From a virus (Duplodnaviria; Heunggongvirae; Uroviricota; Caudoviricetes): DNA of 64,000 bases. A model generated the notes under the pieces. That model did no database searches. It was not told the DNA's origin and worked only from the letters and a program-made list of their open reading frames with translations. Location: positions 68,460 to 132,459 of IMG/VR virus record IMGVR_UViG_3300021431_000080; one strand, 5' to 3'. A program made the translations under genes and the position numbers. This document shows positions 34,461 through 43,546 of this stretch, piece after piece; position 1 is the stretch's first letter, and each line of letters begins with the position of its first letter.

Positions 34461-35390
34461 ATGGAAAAGAAATATCATTATTTCTATAAAATCACAAATA
34501 CAAAAACTGGAAAATATTATTATGGTATCCATTCTACAAGCAATTTGAATGATGGATATATGGGTAGTGGGACACATCTTAAAATGGATTATGAAATTTA
34601 TGGGAAAGATGTATTTGTGAAAGAGATAATTAAATTTTTTGATACAAGAGAGGAAGCTTCTAAATTTGAAGCTAATGTTGTAAACGAAGATCTTGTATTT
34701 GATAAAGATTGTTATAACATTAAAATAGGAGGAGATTATGGGGTAACAACAAACACACTTCTTGTAGCAGATAAGAATGGTAGATATCATAGATGTACAC
34801 GTGACGATCCGAGATATATATCTGGAGAATGGAAGCATTTCTGTACAGGAATGTCTACTATGATAAACAAAGAAACAGGGGAAAAAGAATGGGTATCCGC
34901 TGAAATATATAGAAATAATAAAGACAAATATGCATCTATATTTAGCAATATGGTTCCTGTAATAGATGAAAACGGTGTATGTAAGCATGTTAGGGTTGAT
35001 TGCGAAGATATATTGACTGAAAAAGTGAAATATCTTTGGGATGGAAGAAAACACACAGAAGAGACAAAAGAAAAACAAAGAAAAACATTTGCAGAAATAC
35101 ATCATCAGCAAGGAGAAAAAAATTCACATTATGGAACAGTTTGGGTGTATAAAGACAAGGAGACAAAATGTATAAAGAAAGAAGACGAAGGTTTATACAT
35201 TAATAATGGCTGGAAAAAAGGAAGGTTTTTTGAAAAAGGAACATTTGATACACCGTCTGATTCCATTATAGATAAAAATGAACTTATAAAAATGAGAGAA
35301 AATAACATGTCTTGGTCTGAAATTGCGAAGCATTATGGTGTTGGAGAAAATACATTAATAAGGTATAGAAAAAGGCATGGTCTTTTGTAA
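34461..35390 (+). CDS. GIY-YIG homing endonuclease
   Basis: YHYFYKITNTKTGKYYYGIHS matches the GIY-YIG core. AT-rich, Lys-rich, with C-terminal NUMOD/HTH-like segments. Confidence 0.7.
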   Translation: MEKKYHYFYKITNTKTGKYYYGIHSTSNLNDGYMGSGTHLKMDYEIYGKDVFVKEIIKFFDTREEASKFEANVVNEDLVFDKDCYNIKIGGDYGVTTNTLLVADKNGRYHRCTRDDPRYISGEWKHFCTGMSTMINKETGEKEWVSAEIYRNNKDKYASIFSNMVPVIDENGVCKHVRVDCEDILTEKVKYLWDGRKHTEETKEKQRKTFAEIHHQQGEKNSHYGTVWVYKDKETKCIKKEDEGLYINNGWKKGRFFEKGTFDTPSDSIIDKNELIKMRENNMSWSEIAKHYGVGENTLIRYRKRHGLL

Positions 35391-35488
35391 GATGGAGAAA
35401 GTAGCCCTCTTACTACATCCGGGCAATTCAAAAAATAATTTGAGGTAGTTGACATTGGCACCGTTCGAAGATGTGAATGATGCATAAC

Positions 35489-35576
35489 GGAGAGGTGGCC
35501 GAGTGGTTGAAGGCACAGGTTTGCTAAACCTGCAGGCTCGAAAGGGTCTCGGGGGTTCGAATCCCCTCTCTCTCCG
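35489..35576 (+). tRNA. tRNA-Ser(GCT), type II
   Basis: GGAGAGG-TG-GCCGAGTGGTTGAAGGC, anticodon stem CAGGT/ACCTG with loop TTGCTAA, extra arm, T-arm GGGGGTTCGAATCCCCT. Confidence 0.65.
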
Positions 35577-35595
35577 CAAAAATGTACATATAAAT

Positions 35596-35895
35596 ATGGA
35601 TAGTGAAAAAAGTAAAAACTGGAAAGAAGAGATAGTTTCATATGAAAATCTCGACTGCAAGAAGGAAAACCAAATCTGGGTCGATGAAGTCTCTGTGACG
35701 TACTACCAGAACGGCGACTGCACGGAAAGCGATGACAATTGCCAGAAGATGACCGTGTCATCAAGGAACAACGGGATGGCAAGGTTCGTCAACATAAAGA
35801 CTTACGAGAACGGATGGAGTATTGATTCTCCAGATGGAATAAAGATGGTCTTAGAGGATTTCTGCAAGCGTGCAGGAATCGAAGGAATATGCTAA
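35596..35895 (+). CDS. Hypothetical protein
   Basis: 99-aa ORF downstream of tRNA-Ser. The track ORF begins inside the tRNA; the first ATG is at 35596. Confidence 0.35.
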   Translation: MDSEKSKNWKEEIVSYENLDCKKENQIWVDEVSVTYYQNGDCTESDDNCQKMTVSSRNNGMARFVNIKTYENGWSIDSPDGIKMVLEDFCKRAGIEGIC

Positions 35896-36247
35896 ATGGG
35901 GGTGTTCTGGATTTTGATGCGGGATTTTGAGTTGGCGCAAGCAAGCCGTGATCTGTACAAACTCACGTAAAACAGATGTGCGAAAGATAGTTGGCAACAA
36001 CACCTACAGACTCGCTGCCTGAAAACCGCCGAAAGGCGTGAAGGCTTAATCCTGTCCACAAGAGGTGAATAGGACGAGCGTTCCACAGAGAGTTTCTCTG
36101 TTTGTTTCTCTGATTTTGGAGCGTCATCGAAAACAGTGGTTTGAAGTATAATCTTTTAGTTGCCTGAAGTTCAGGATAAGCTTGTAGAAAACGTCCGCTG
36201 GATGCCGTAGACCGCAGTTCGACTCTGCGCACCTCCACAATAAATAT

Positions 36248-36329
36248 GCAGGAATGGCGAAACTGGGATACGCGCCACACTCAAAATGTGGTGCCGAAAG
36301 GCGTTGAGGGTTCGAACCCCTCTTCCTGC
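36248..36329 (+). tRNA. tRNA-Leu(CAA), type II
   Basis: Anticodon stem CCACA/TGTGG with loop CTCAAAA; extra arm GCCGAAAGGC; T-arm GAGGGTTCGAACCCCTC. Confidence 0.65.
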
Positions 36330-36333
36330 ACAA

Positions 36334-36414
36334 ACGCCGAAGTGGTGGAACAGGCAGACACGCCATCCTCAGACGGTGGTTCTTCGGAGTGCGGGTTCAA
36401 ATCCCGCCTTCGGC
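36334..36414 (+). tRNA. tRNA-Leu(CAG), type II
   Basis: Anticodon stem CCATC/GGTGG with loop CTCAGAC; T-arm GCGGGTTCAAATCCCGC. Confidence 0.65.
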
Positions 36415-36492
36415 ACAAAACAACAAAATTATTCGTTATGAAAAAGTACACTTCAAGTTTCGTTTAAGATACAAAACTTAAACGAAACAACA

Positions 36493-37362
36493 ATGAAAAA
36501 CAAAAACTTTAACGGAAACGAAATGGATTATCCACAACATGCAAGTCTTACAAAAGACACATTCTGCTACAGCAACAAGGCAGGTGACTTCTGGGACTAC
36601 AAAGAGAGAAAATGGTTCCACACCAGAAAAATCTATTCCTATATCAACAGATTTTGGGAGAAGCATGTTGGTGAAAACTACAATGAGTGCTATCAGATAC
36701 TCCTCCATAACCTTAAAGAAAAGTTCGGATACGGTGAAGATAGTCACTATTTGGTACATGTTGGTTTAAACAAAATCTCCAACAAACCTCATTACTGGTG
36801 GGATGAGTTCGTTGTCGATGAGAACGGAAACATCTACTGGAACAAGAGAAGTTGGAAGAGAAGACGCTTGACATACGGGTTTGACAACAGGGTCATTCGC
36901 GGATATGCCTTTGATAAATCCGACTTCACACAGGAAGAGATTGATGTTGTCATTAAACGTGTTGGAAAAGACAAACTCAACCGAATCTTCAACGAGATGA
37001 TAACACCAGAAGAGTACATGAAACTCAAAAATATGCTCAATGGCTGGTGGGTTGGACACGACATGGTGGAGATTGACAGAAAGGCGCGTCCTGTTTTCGA
37101 AGGTGAGGTTGTGGAAATCGAAAGGGGGACTTCTGAACACAAGCGGTACAGACACGAGTCGATAGACGCTTGCAAAAAGGAGGAAAGAAGAAAGAAGAGG
37201 GAGAAACTCAAGAAAGAGGAAATCCTCCTTCACAACATTGAAGAAGACCGTAAGAGAAAAGAGAGGTATGAAAACTCCATAAAAATTCTCAAACACGGTT
37301 TTGACGACGAAACCTCGTTCCGTGGAGAGGAATATCACGGAAACAAAAGAAAGAGGAATTAG
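36493..37362 (+). CDS. Hypothetical protein with a Lys/Arg/Glu-rich C-terminus
   Basis: 289-aa ORF. The TAG stop abuts tRNA-Leu(TAG). Confidence 0.45.
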   Translation: MKNKNFNGNEMDYPQHASLTKDTFCYSNKAGDFWDYKERKWFHTRKIYSYINRFWEKHVGENYNECYQILLHNLKEKFGYGEDSHYLVHVGLNKISNKPHYWWDEFVVDENGNIYWNKRSWKRRRLTYGFDNRVIRGYAFDKSDFTQEEIDVVIKRVGKDKLNRIFNEMITPEEYMKLKNMLNGWWVGHDMVEIDRKARPVFEGEVVEIERGTSEHKRYRHESIDACKKEERRKKREKLKKEEILLHNIEEDRKRKERYENSIKILKHGFDDETSFRGEEYHGNKRKRN

Positions 37363-37369
37363 TCCATAA

Positions 37370-37456
37370 GTGGGCTTGTGGCGAAACTGGTTTTACGCAG
37401 CAGGTTTAGAGCCTGCCGTCTGAAATATGACATGTGAGTTCGAATCTCACCAAGCC
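37370..37456 (+). tRNA. tRNA-Leu(TAG), type II
   Basis: GGGCTTG-TG-GCG-AAACTGGTTTTA-CGC, anticodon stem GCAGG/CCTGC with loop TTTAGAG, T-arm GTGAGTTCGAATCTCAC. Confidence 0.65.
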
Positions 37457-37485
37457 CACAACTCCTTAAAACTAATCAAAGCAAA

Positions 37486-37833
37486 ATGTTAATTTCAATT
37501 TCATTTTGGCAGATTGTGGTTTTCGTGTCATCGGTAATCGTCGGCACACAGACTATCACTGCTGCAATTAACGGAGTTTTCAACGTTGACAGTAAATTCT
37601 GGAGGCACCTGATCTCTTGGATCGTCGCAGTGCTTGTCGGTCTTGGATTCGTCCTGACTGGTGGTGTTTCGTTCGGTCTGCCTGAGGTTTGGCAGGAGTA
37701 CCTTGTCGGTGGTCTTGCTGGCTTGATCGCCGGTGGTGCTGCAAACGGTTTCTATGACTGGGACAAGATCAAGGAGATTTTCCACGTCATCGAGAACGTG
37801 TTCAGAGCAAAACCTGAAATGTTGAACGATTAA
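37486..37833 (+). CDS. Small multi-pass membrane protein (holin candidate)
   Basis: 115 aa with 3 predicted TM helices and a charged C-terminus. Confidence 0.35.
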   Translation: MLISISFWQIVVFVSSVIVGTQTITAAINGVFNVDSKFWRHLISWIVAVLVGLGFVLTGGVSFGLPEVWQEYLVGGLAGLIAGGAANGFYDWDKIKEIFHVIENVFRAKPEMLND

Positions 37834-37967
37834 CAAACAAAGAACCGACCTGAAGGACACACCCGACTTCAACAAGCGGGGGAAGTAATCGCAGACATGC
37901 TTCATCTTTGGATGTGACAATTCGACTGCGGAAAGCGAGATAGTGAAATGTAAGGAAGGTTCACTAA

Positions 37968-38039
37968 GTCCCTGTAGCCAAGCTGGTTAAGGCACGAGTC
38001 TGCAAAACTCGCATCGTTGGTTCGATCCCAATCGGGGAC
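37968..38039 (+). tRNA. tRNA-Cys(GCA)
   Basis: Anticodon stem CGAGT/ACTCG with loop CTGCAAA; T-arm GTTGGTTCGATCCCAAT. Confidence 0.65.
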
Positions 38040-38059
38040 TCTGAGAAAAATCAATAGTC

Positions 38060-38911
38060 ATGAAAATAATATCTAAGTACAAGGATTTCTACGACTACAT
38101 GTGGGTGGACAGCGATCCGGATCTCGTGTATGTCAGGAAGGAGAAAGTCTGTTTCAACAACATCCCTGAACTTGACAACATAAGGGGAAGGGAGATCGAA
38201 ATAGGTTCTGGAAGCAGGAGTGACTGGTACTACAGGCATCTCGGATGGATAGAGTTCGTCGGGTTCACGTTCGGCATATATCCATTCGTCTACACTTCAC
38301 CCGCCCTGTCCATGAGAATATCAGACATAGGATGTGCAGTAAGATGCCTTACTAAGCCAGAGGTTGAGAAGATAAAGATGCTGAAGGATGTCAGGCAGCA
38401 GAGTGAATATGTTTTGAAGCTTGCTGGTGAATATTTGAAGACCAAGGAAAACATTCCAAACAATCTGCAGTTGCAGCTTCCAAAGTATTACGGACTGTCT
38501 TCCCCTTACAGTAGCATCATGAGGTTTTGTTGGAAAAGGGAAATTCCAGACGTGTTCATGAAGCTTGAATCCCCAGTGTTCGCTGTGTACTGTAGCGAGA
38601 TAGTTAGCGATGTGTACAAAGATCTTATGACTGTGAAGTCGACAGACACAAAGAACGAAAAACTTCAGCTTGTCGACAACACGATGATTACGAATACAAC
38701 CAGACCTAGATTCCTTACAAACGTGTGTTTCAGCAAACTTGATGTTCCTGTCACAAAGTACTGGTTCGAGGAACTGAACGGCATTAACACTTATTCAAAC
38801 ATAGAGAATTTCCTGATGACATCTAAGATGGATCCAGAGCCTGTCATATCCAATGAAGGAAGGATAATAGCCCACGGGTTCGATCTGAAGACATCGTTCA
38901 GGAAAATGTAG
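38060..38911 (+). CDS. Hypothetical protein
   Basis: 283-aa ORF. The TAG stop is in frame with the next ORF 12 nt downstream. Confidence 0.45.
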   Translation: MKIISKYKDFYDYMWVDSDPDLVYVRKEKVCFNNIPELDNIRGREIEIGSGSRSDWYYRHLGWIEFVGFTFGIYPFVYTSPALSMRISDIGCAVRCLTKPEVEKIKMLKDVRQQSEYVLKLAGEYLKTKENIPNNLQLQLPKYYGLSSPYSSIMRFCWKREIPDVFMKLESPVFAVYCSEIVSDVYKDLMTVKSTDTKNEKLQLVDNTMITNTTRPRFLTNVCFSKLDVPVTKYWFEELNGINTYSNIENFLMTSKMDPEPVISNEGRIIAHGFDLKTSFRKM

Positions 38912-38923
38912 AAAGGAGAAATT

Positions 38924-39400
38924 ATGCAGCATACAAAACTGTTCAGGAAGTTTCCGTGTAAGTTCGGAATCAACAAAAAAGACGATGGATCTTATTTCCT
39001 TTTCTACAAAGGGGATGAGGACATTCTTGGATTCATGGTTTCAGATCCACTCTATAATGTAAGTAATGTAGAGAATATCGAAGAAGGATGTATGGTGACA
39101 TTCAGATACAATGGAAACGAGAACGACGACTATTCCGAAACCGTTGAGTTTGATGTTGAAGGTTTACAGAAAAGTTTCTCAAGCATATCTGGAATATCAT
39201 TCAAAGGAAAACGCCTACCTCACACAAGGAATCAACACGGATGTTGCGGTTATACTGTTGTCTGTGTCGAGGACGACGATGACTGCAAATGGATAGAGGA
39301 GTATGTGTTCGAGAATTTCGGCTACTTGAAACTCAACAGCGAAAAGATAAATAATCAAACGATATTGAGGTTTATCGACCATGCTGAATATTGTAAATGA
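38924..39400 (+). CDS. Hypothetical protein
   Basis: 158-aa ORF preceded by AGGAG. Confidence 0.4.
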   Translation: MQHTKLFRKFPCKFGINKKDDGSYFLFYKGDEDILGFMVSDPLYNVSNVENIEEGCMVTFRYNGNENDDYSETVEFDVEGLQKSFSSISGISFKGKRLPHTRNQHGCCGYTVVCVEDDDDCKWIEEYVFENFGYLKLNSEKINNQTILRFIDHAEYCK

Positions 39401-40262
39401 AAGAATCGAGCTTGGAAAGAAGTTCATGCTGAACGAGAGCATATGTTTCATTAACGAGACACTTGCCTATTCATACAACCTGAATTCTGTCCAGAACACC
39501 CTGAAGAGGATGTTCCCTGAGATTATATCGATAGATCTTTCTGATTTCAGCATGTACCTTACACTTGCAGGAAAGAACAAAAAAGAGGACAAGATAGATG
39601 GTGAGAATAACGGAACCTTCGAGATTAAGCTTGAGAAGATAGACAATGTATACAAGATAGCAGAGTTTGTCGAGAAGGCATACGGGTGGCACCAGTCAAT
39701 CTTGACGATAAACGACTATGTTCTGGCTGACTTCGGTCATGGGTATGAGATGTTGGATGAGCCATATCAAGGTTATTCATTGAGAACGTGTTGGTATCTT
39801 ACAAATGGAACAGACAGGAAGTTTTCTCTGTTCATGGAAGCCAACTATTCAAACATGGTGTCTGATATAGATTCCCTCTACCATCTGACGAACAGGAGTG
39901 TTCTCGGAAAGATATCGAGGAATGGTCTCAGTCCGAGAAGCCACGGCAATTTCCCGGAGAGAATTTATTTTGGAACAGACATAAACGCCATCTTGAGAAT
40001 GGTCGGAAAGTCTGGAATGGATGCAACAGGCGTGATTCCAAATAAGGTTCTGCTAAAGATTGATTTCAACAACTATAGGGACGAAATTATGTCCAAGTAT
40101 AAATTTTATCAGGATCCGAGGGAAAAAACTTCTGTGTATACATATGACGTGATAGATCCGAAATATATCATGGTCTGTACAGACGACATCAACAGATGGC
40201 TGTATCAGGAAGCCGATGTTGACAAGGAAGATTTGGATTCTTTGAGATTCAAACATATTTAA
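39381..40262 (+). CDS. Hypothetical protein with a weak ART/Tpt1(KptA)-like motif
   Basis: 293 aa. SLYHLTNRSVLGKISRNGL resembles the LYHGT...GL core of RNA 2'-phosphotransferase and ADP-ribosyltransferase folds. Only a low-identity local match. Confidence 0.3.
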   Translation: MLNIVNERIELGKKFMLNESICFINETLAYSYNLNSVQNTLKRMFPEIISIDLSDFSMYLTLAGKNKKEDKIDGENNGTFEIKLEKIDNVYKIAEFVEKAYGWHQSILTINDYVLADFGHGYEMLDEPYQGYSLRTCWYLTNGTDRKFSLFMEANYSNMVSDIDSLYHLTNRSVLGKISRNGLSPRSHGNFPERIYFGTDINAILRMVGKSGMDATGVIPNKVLLKIDFNNYRDEIMSKYKFYQDPREKTSVYTYDVIDPKYIMVCTDDINRWLYQEADVDKEDLDSLRFKHI

Positions 40263-40453
40263 GGAGATGTACTCAAATGGTCAAGAGGGCTGATTGCTAA
40301 TCAGTTAGGGTGTGTAAAAGTGTCGTTGTAGTTCGAATTTCCACGTCTCCGCCAAAAGATAATTGATAAAATAAAATTGCCATATCATATAATGGTTATT
40401 ATGCGTGACTCTGGATCACGACATCTATGTTCGACTCATAGTGTGGCAACAAA

Positions 40454-41095
40454 ATGAAGTTTATTGTAGTAATGGTTTGGAAAGATAGAAAAGATGAATT
40501 AGAAAAATTAATTAAAGATAATGTTTCTTATGAGGAAATAGGGCGGATGTATGGATGCTCTGGTACAAATGTAAAACATGCTTGTAGAAGATTATGTATA
40601 GAATTAAAAAGAAGAAGGAAGGTAAATGAAAACGAAAACTTTGCTACAAAAGTAGCGAAAACAGGAATTTGTTTGAATTGTAACAAAGAATATGTTTTAT
40701 ATAAAAGTCATAATGGGAAATTTTGTTCGCATGAGTGTTGTACAGAATACAATAAGAACAAATATATATCAGAGTGGCTATCAGGAGAAAGATCAGGTTG
40801 TTCAAAGCGTTATAAATTAACGAAAAGTGTGAGGGAATATCTTTTTCAGCAGTCAAATTATACTTGTTCATCTTGTGGATTCAATACACCTAATCCATAT
40901 ACAGGAAACACAATACTGCAAATACATCATATAGATGGAGATGCAGCAAATACATCTATCGATAATTTAAAAGTTTTATGTCCAAACTGTCACGGATTAA
41001 CTGAAAATTTTGGATCAAGAAATAAAAACAAATCTGCAAGGCAATATAGAAGAGAAGAGTATAGAAAACAAGAAGATGATATCTTAAATAAATAA
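40454..41095 (+). CDS. HNH homing endonuclease
   Basis: 213 aa with HHIDGDAANTSIDNLKVLCPNCH plus CxxC pairs; AT-rich. Confidence 0.75.
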   Translation: MKFIVVMVWKDRKDELEKLIKDNVSYEEIGRMYGCSGTNVKHACRRLCIELKRRRKVNENENFATKVAKTGICLNCNKEYVLYKSHNGKFCSHECCTEYNKNKYISEWLSGERSGCSKRYKLTKSVREYLFQQSNYTCSSCGFNTPNPYTGNTILQIHHIDGDAANTSIDNLKVLCPNCHGLTENFGSRNKNKSARQYRREEYRKQEDDILNK

Positions 41096-41114
41096 TTCAT
41101 TCCCAGATAGTTTC

Positions 41115-41186
41115 GGGTGGTTAGTTCAATGGATAGAACTTCAGATTACGGCTCTGACGATAGGGATTCGACTTCTCTACCACCCA
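41115..41186 (+). tRNA. tRNA-Arg(ACG)
   Basis: GGGTGGT-TA-GTTC-AATGGATA-GAAC, anticodon stem TCAGA/TCTGA with loop TTACGGC, acceptor ACCACCC. Confidence 0.65.
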
Positions 41187-41243
41187 CAAAAAATAAAAAA
41201 GTTTGAAAAAATTTCACTGAAAACTTTTTTCTTTCGAAAATAA

Positions 41244-41263
41244 TCAGTATCTTTGCAGTGAAA
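41244..41263 (+). promoter_or_regulatory. Conserved promoter motif copy
   Basis: ATCAGTATCTTTGCAGTGAA, upstream of a tRNA-like gene and the ORF-free region that precedes the Ro60 gene. Confidence 0.5.
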
Positions 41264-41319
41264 TTAAACGACAAAGAGAGTTCTTTGAAAAATAAAATCT
41301 GGATGCCAGGATCAAGCGT

Positions 41320-41393
41320 TTCCTCGTAGCTCATTTTGGATAGAGCGCAAACCTCTTAAGTTTGAAGTAATTGGTTCAAATCCAATCGACAGT
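41320..41393 (+). tRNA. tRNA-Lys(CTT)-like with an unpaired acceptor (possible pseudo-tRNA)
   Basis: Good D-arm (GCTC-ATTTTGGATA-GAGC), anticodon arm (CAAAC-CTCTTAA-GTTTG) and T-arm (ATTGGTTCAAATCCAAT). The flanking 7-mers (TTCCTCG / CGACAGT) do not pair. Confidence 0.35.
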
Positions 41394-41559
41394 CAGTAGA
41401 CTGATAATTCGCTTGCCAGTATTCACCAGATTTTTTAGAAATAAACTTGGCATTGCCAGCATTTCGGATACATCGACAATCAATTTGACCGTTATGGTCG
41501 CACCAAAAAATTCGATATTGTAACAAAAAGTATGTTTAACCCTTTTTACCGAATGCGTT

Positions 41560-41800
41560 TTTACTTGCCGAGCACTTTACACCAGATGCCAGCTGAGAGT
41601 TTCATCGATTCGTCGGTTCGAATCCGACTTCACCCGCTCAAGGGAGAATGGCGAAATGGTATACGCGAAAGACTGCAGATCTTTTATCACAATGTTTCAC
41701 TCTCCGCAGTATTCACTGGTGTTATCTTAAAGCTCGGTTTCCAATGGAGATCGAGCTTTTTTATTTTAAAACATATATAATTATTAACTATAAACTGTAA
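41560..41800 (+). ncRNA. Candidate Y-RNA-like (YrlA-type) non-coding RNA upstream of the Ro60 gene
   Basis: ORF-free segment with a tRNA T-arm mimic (GTCGGTTCGAATCCGAC at 41616-41632) and GNRA loops (GCGAAATGG, CGCGAAAGA). Position matches the known rsr/Y-RNA arrangement. Confidence 0.3.
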
Positions 41801-41804
41801 AGTT

Positions 41805-43448
41805 ATGCCACAGATGAAGAAGAGAAACGGGCAGCTCATGAATGCCCTCGGCTCGATGGCTCCAAAGGAGCGAATCGAAGCAGCAAACAACGTTCCTGAT
41901 TATGACGATGTGAACATTCAGGGTCACAAGGCTTATGCTCTGCCTGACGAGCTCAAGCTCCTTTCTATGCTCAACACATTGAAACTGGAGTCGCAGTTCT
42001 ATCGCAACGAGGAGTCCACAATGAAGGAACTTCGTGAGCTCATCGAGCGCGTTGCAGTGAAGGATCCTTATTTCGCTGCACAGTGTGTGTGCTGGTCCAG
42101 AAACCTCGGTGAGAAGATGCGTTCGGTCAGCCACCTCGCCGCAGCTCTCATGGCTCCGTTCGCCTCCGGTCAGGAGTGGGGAAAGCGTTTCTACGGTCTG
42201 TTCGACAAGAAGTCGAAGACTGGCGGATGTGTCTTCCGTACCGACGATATGCGTGAGATCAAGGATATCCACAACACCCTCACAGGCGGCACCCCTCTGT
42301 CTTCCGCCATGAAGAAGGGATTCGCCAACGCGATCGAGAAGATGGACAACTACCAGCTTGCCAAGTACCGCGATGTTATCATCGATATTTCGAACATCGC
42401 CCACCCGGATCCGAGCAAGTCTTCGGCTGAGGTCGACATCGAGATCAACGGCAAGACTGTCCACATGAAGACCATCGACGCTATCATGAAGGGATACACG
42501 GTGTCTGCAGACACATGGGAGGTCGCCAACTCTGAAGCAGGACAGCTCGTCGCTGAGGCTGTCAAGGAAGGTAAGCTCGATGAGGAAGAGGCGAAGACTG
42601 TTCTCGCCGAGGCGAAGAACGACAACTGGGAAGGTCTGCTTGAGGACGGCCGCCTCGGTATGCTCGCCGCACTCCGCAACATCCGCAACATGATGAAGAA
42701 CCCCCGTGAGAGTGTCATCAACAAGCTCTGTGAGCTCGTGTCGGACGGAAAGAAGATCCGCAACTCTGGTGTCATGCCTTACCACATTGACATCGCCTAC
42801 GAGACAATCGTAAACGAGTTCTCTGGATCCCAGTACGCCTCCAAGGTGATGAACGCCCTCCTGCAGGGATATGAGGCTTCGGTGCCTAACCTCGCCGTCG
42901 CTCTCCCTGGCAAGACTCTTGTCGTAGTCGACTGTTCTGGATCGATGTCCACCAGAATGAGAAATGGTCAGGGATACATGACATCGAGCTGTATCCAGAA
43001 GGCTTCCCTCGTGGCTGCGACAATCGCCAAGGGCGCAAACGCCGATGTCATCTGCTTCGGTAGCAACGCTGAGTGGTACACTGGAAGCCGCGACAAGAGT
43101 GTGTTCGACATTTCAAGGGATCTCAACCACGCAAACATGGGCGGAACCTATTTCGGCAGCGCGTTCGAGCTCGCCCGCCGCAGCAAAAAGGCATACGACC
43201 GAATAATCGTCCTGTCCGACAACGAGTGCAACTACGGTCTGACGAGGGAGCACTACAAGAGCTACATCCACGATGTGTGTGATCCTTACATCTACAGCAT
43301 CGACCTCGCTTCCTACGGTACAACCCAGTTCAAGGGCGAGAAGGTGATCAACTACTTCGGATACGGCTACGCGCTGTTCGACGACATCGCCAGCCGCGAG
43401 TTCAACCCGAGTAGAGTCATCAACAAGGTTAAATCCTATGTGATTTAG
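41805..43448 (+). CDS. Ro60-like TROVE-domain protein with a C-terminal vWA domain
   Basis: 547 aa. N-terminal alpha-helical TROVE-like region. C-terminal vWA with the MIDAS motif VVVDCSGSM. GC-rich. TAG stop. Confidence 0.55.
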   Translation: MPQMKKRNGQLMNALGSMAPKERIEAANNVPDYDDVNIQGHKAYALPDELKLLSMLNTLKLESQFYRNEESTMKELRELIERVAVKDPYFAAQCVCWSRNLGEKMRSVSHLAAALMAPFASGQEWGKRFYGLFDKKSKTGGCVFRTDDMREIKDIHNTLTGGTPLSSAMKKGFANAIEKMDNYQLAKYRDVIIDISNIAHPDPSKSSAEVDIEINGKTVHMKTIDAIMKGYTVSADTWEVANSEAGQLVAEAVKEGKLDEEEAKTVLAEAKNDNWEGLLEDGRLGMLAALRNIRNMMKNPRESVINKLCELVSDGKKIRNSGVMPYHIDIAYETIVNEFSGSQYASKVMNALLQGYEASVPNLAVALPGKTLVVVDCSGSMSTRMRNGQGYMTSSCIQKASLVAATIAKGANADVICFGSNAEWYTGSRDKSVFDISRDLNHANMGGTYFGSAFELARRSKKAYDRIIVLSDNECNYGLTREHYKSYIHDVCDPYIYSIDLASYGTTQFKGEKVINYFGYGYALFDDIASREFNPSRVINKVKSYVI

Positions 43449-43461
43449 GGTTTGTTTTTGG

Positions 43462-43498
43462 AAGGCGGTTGAAAAAATTTTAACCGCCTTCTTTTTTC
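43462..43498 (+). terminator. Rho-independent terminator
   Basis: AAGGCGGTT-GAAAAAATTT-TAACCGCCTT followed by a T-run. Confidence 0.7.
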
Positions 43499-43511
43499 TT
43501 TGGAAAAAAAT

Positions 43512-43531
43512 AAGTATCTTTGCATTGTAAT
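43512..43531 (+). promoter_or_regulatory. Conserved promoter motif variant
   Basis: AAGTATCTTTGCATTGTAAT; the ATG at 43547 follows. Confidence 0.45.
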
Positions 43532-43546
43532 CGAAACGAAACGGAA

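Noticed and set aside
38909-38926. Treating 38060-39400 as one gene outright
   Set aside because: A strong AGGAG plus 7-nt spacer precedes the downstream ATG, so independent initiation is equally plausible. The fusion is kept only as a read-through hypothesis.
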